36,520 nt of DNA from a virus (Duplodnaviria > Caudoviricetes): positions 1 to 36,520 of IMG/VR virus record IMGVR_UViG_3300027690_000146. One strand, given 5' to 3'. The notes beneath the pieces were generated by a model that saw only the letters and a list, made by a program, of their open reading frames with translations, had not been told where the DNA came from and searched no databases. Positions within the stretch are counted from its first letter, which is position 1, and every line of letters begins with the position of its first letter. A program made the translations under genes and the position numbers. Below are positions 35,269 through 36,520 of this stretch, piece by piece.

Positions 35269-35520
35269 CTAACTGGCCACCCGTTTCTTGACATCATCAA
35301 ATAGTGCTTCATATTCCAGCCCCAGGCGTTGGCAAAGGTGCCGCGCCAGGCGCTTATTCCGGCGCTGTCCCTTGATGACGTGGGAGAGATGCTGGGGTGT
35401 AACGCCGGCCGCCAGGGCAAATTCCCTCTGGCGGAGTCCCTGGTCAATGAGGGCTTTTTTGATTTCCCGCTCCCTGGTGGTGGAAAATAATTCCTGATCC
35501 TTAGACATTGCCTTTTCCAT
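35269..35520 (-). CDS. Ner/Cro-like HTH regulator
   Basis: XRE HTH 'IKKALIDQGL..REFALAAGVTPQHLSHVIKG.R'; first early gene, divergent from repressor; start may be ATG 35508. Confidence 0.82.
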   Translation of the reverse strand: MEKAMSKDQELFSTTREREIKKALIDQGLRQREFALAAGVTPQHLSHVIKGQRRNKRLARHLCQRLGLEYEALFDDVKKRVAS

Positions 35521-35545
35521 CTCCTGGCGTTATATTGATAGCATC

Positions 35546-35563
35546 GGGCTGATTTATCAGCCC
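35546..35563. promoter_or_regulatory. perfect 8-bp inverted repeat at early transcription start (candidate Ner operator)
   Basis: GGGCTGAT-TT-ATCAGCCC just downstream of the -10 box. Confidence 0.55.
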
Positions 35564-35568
35564 ACTCT

Positions 35569-35597
35569 AATTTAAATGAATATTGTGCTTGTGTCAA
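35569..35597 (-). promoter_or_regulatory. early promoter (Pe-like)
   Basis: TTGACA-17 bp-TAAATT upstream of the Ner-like gene. Confidence 0.75.
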
Positions 35598-35665
35598 GCA
35601 CAAATGTAGAGTCGTCCAGCAATATTATCTTTTTTGGGATATTGTTTTTTAAACCATAACGGCCT

Positions 35666-35792
35666 GGTTCCCACTTTCAATATTGTAAATTGCCATTAAT
35701 GGAAGCATATATGGTTTAATTTGAATAAGATGCGCGAAGTGAGAACCAGCGAAGAAAGTTCCCACTTTAGTTCCCACTTTGGTTCCCACTTT
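35666..35792. repeat. array of RGTTCCCACTTT 12-mers (operator / transposition enhancer-like)
   Basis: Copies at 35666-35677, tandem triplet 35757-35792, and an inverted variant GAAGTGAGAACC at 35736-35747. Confidence 0.8.
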
Positions 35793-35815
35793 CATTTAAA
35801 TTTTGGGAGGTGGTT

Positions 35816-36520
35816 ATGATGGGTAAGAGCAATGAAATTGGAGCGCGGCTCCGGGCCTTCCGGTCTGGGAGGGGATTGAACCAGCAGGATTTTGCTGCTA
35901 TGATGGAGGTCTCTTATTCCATGCTTCAGAAATATGAACAAGGACGGAGTCTCCCTGGCGCGGAATCACTGGCCAAATTAAATCAATATTTTGATTTAAA
36001 CATCAATTGGTTGCTGACTGGACAGGGGAGCATGACCGCCACTTCCGTGGCCAGGCCGGAGGGCCACTGGGGCCTCCCCCTGCTCTCAATGGCCGGCATA
36101 AACGCCGGCGCGGTGACAGAGGATGGCATCCGGGAGGGGGCCATCCAGGAACCGGATTATGGATATTTTCCTACTCATTATTTAGAGCGGTGCTTACCCA
36201 GGTTCTCCCCGGATCTGGTGAAATGGCTTTTCATGGCCCAGGCGCCGGACAATAAAATGACTCCCACTATTTTCCAGGATGAGGTGGTGATGGTTTGCGG
36301 CCAGCCCGGAATCTCCTTCCAGCAGGGCGGCATCTATCTCCTCCGCAATCCCTTTGAAAACCTGCCCGCCATCCGCCGCGTCTTCCTGACGGAAAAGGTT
36401 GTCTTGCTCCATTGTGATAATGTCCAGCATAAGATGACCAAAATTCCCATCCCGGATGACCAAGCCCTGGAGAACCTGATTGTGGGCCGGGTTTGCTGGA
36501 CAAGCAGAATACTTGTTTAA
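35816..36520 (+). CDS. phage repressor, XRE HTH + degenerate S24 domain
   Basis: 'IGARLRAFR..RGLNQQDFA...YEQGRSLP...INWLLTGQG'; C-terminal S24 fold motifs 'GGIY', 'L.CDN', 'IVGRVCW'; SD GGGAGG, ATG at 35816 or 35819. Confidence 0.88.
   Translation: MMGKSNEIGARLRAFRSGRGLNQQDFAAMMEVSYSMLQKYEQGRSLPGAESLAKLNQYFDLNINWLLTGQGSMTATSVARPEGHWGLPLLSMAGINAGAVTEDGIREGAIQEPDYGYFPTHYLERCLPRFSPDLVKWLFMAQAPDNKMTPTIFQDEVVMVCGQPGISFQQGGIYLLRNPFENLPAIRRVFLTEKVVLLHCDNVQHKMTKIPIPDDQALENLIVGRVCWTSRILV

Larger units (their letters stand above)
1..36520. mobile_element. Mu-like transposable (pro)phage, contractile tail; termini not included in window
   Basis: Repressor/Ner divergent switch, DDE transposase plus AAA ATPase, gam, gemA, then Mu-type terminase, portal, MuF, protease, gp36, sheath, tube, tape measure and baseplate genes in Mu-like order. 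Confidence 0.95.

Noticed and set aside
35757-35792. Tandem repeats as a possible CRISPR array
   Set aside because: 12-bp units with no spacers and no cas genes
1-36520. Diversity-generating retroelement, invertible tail-fibre segment, tRNA genes, Mu terminal TG..CA ends
   Set aside because: No reverse transcriptase, invertase or tRNA-like sequence seen; the window is cut at gene boundaries so the ends cannot be assessed

Overview
The whole window is a near-complete Mu-like (transposable) temperate phage with a contractile tail, cropped at two stop codons, so the phage ends are not visible. On the + strand at the far right is an XRE/S24-type repressor. Divergent from it, on the - strand, are the early operon (Ner-like HTH, CII-like regulator, MuA-like DDE transposase, MuB-like ATPase, Gam, GemA, small HTH genes) and the late operon (lysis, terminase, portal, MuF, protease/scaffold, capsid, tail, baseplate). 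A low-GC + strand moron between them carries a DUF6338-like membrane protein, a small Pro-rich peptide and a single-chain type IIG restriction-modification enzyme. Highlights read from the sequence: (1) a complete type II hammerhead ribozyme with a loop-tail pseudoknot 3 nt after the gam stop codon; (2) strong TCG/CGA avoidance in the phage backbone, with islands where it is lifted; (3) MuF with an HEXXH C-terminal extension and a convergent candidate immunity gene with its own promoter; (4) an Acb2/Tad1-like sponge candidate inside the baseplate/tail module; (5) a repressor whose S24 catalytic Ser/Lys appear substituted; (6) a multi-stem leader with an anti-SD upstream of the lysis genes. Family assignments come from motif recognition and synteny, not from database searches.
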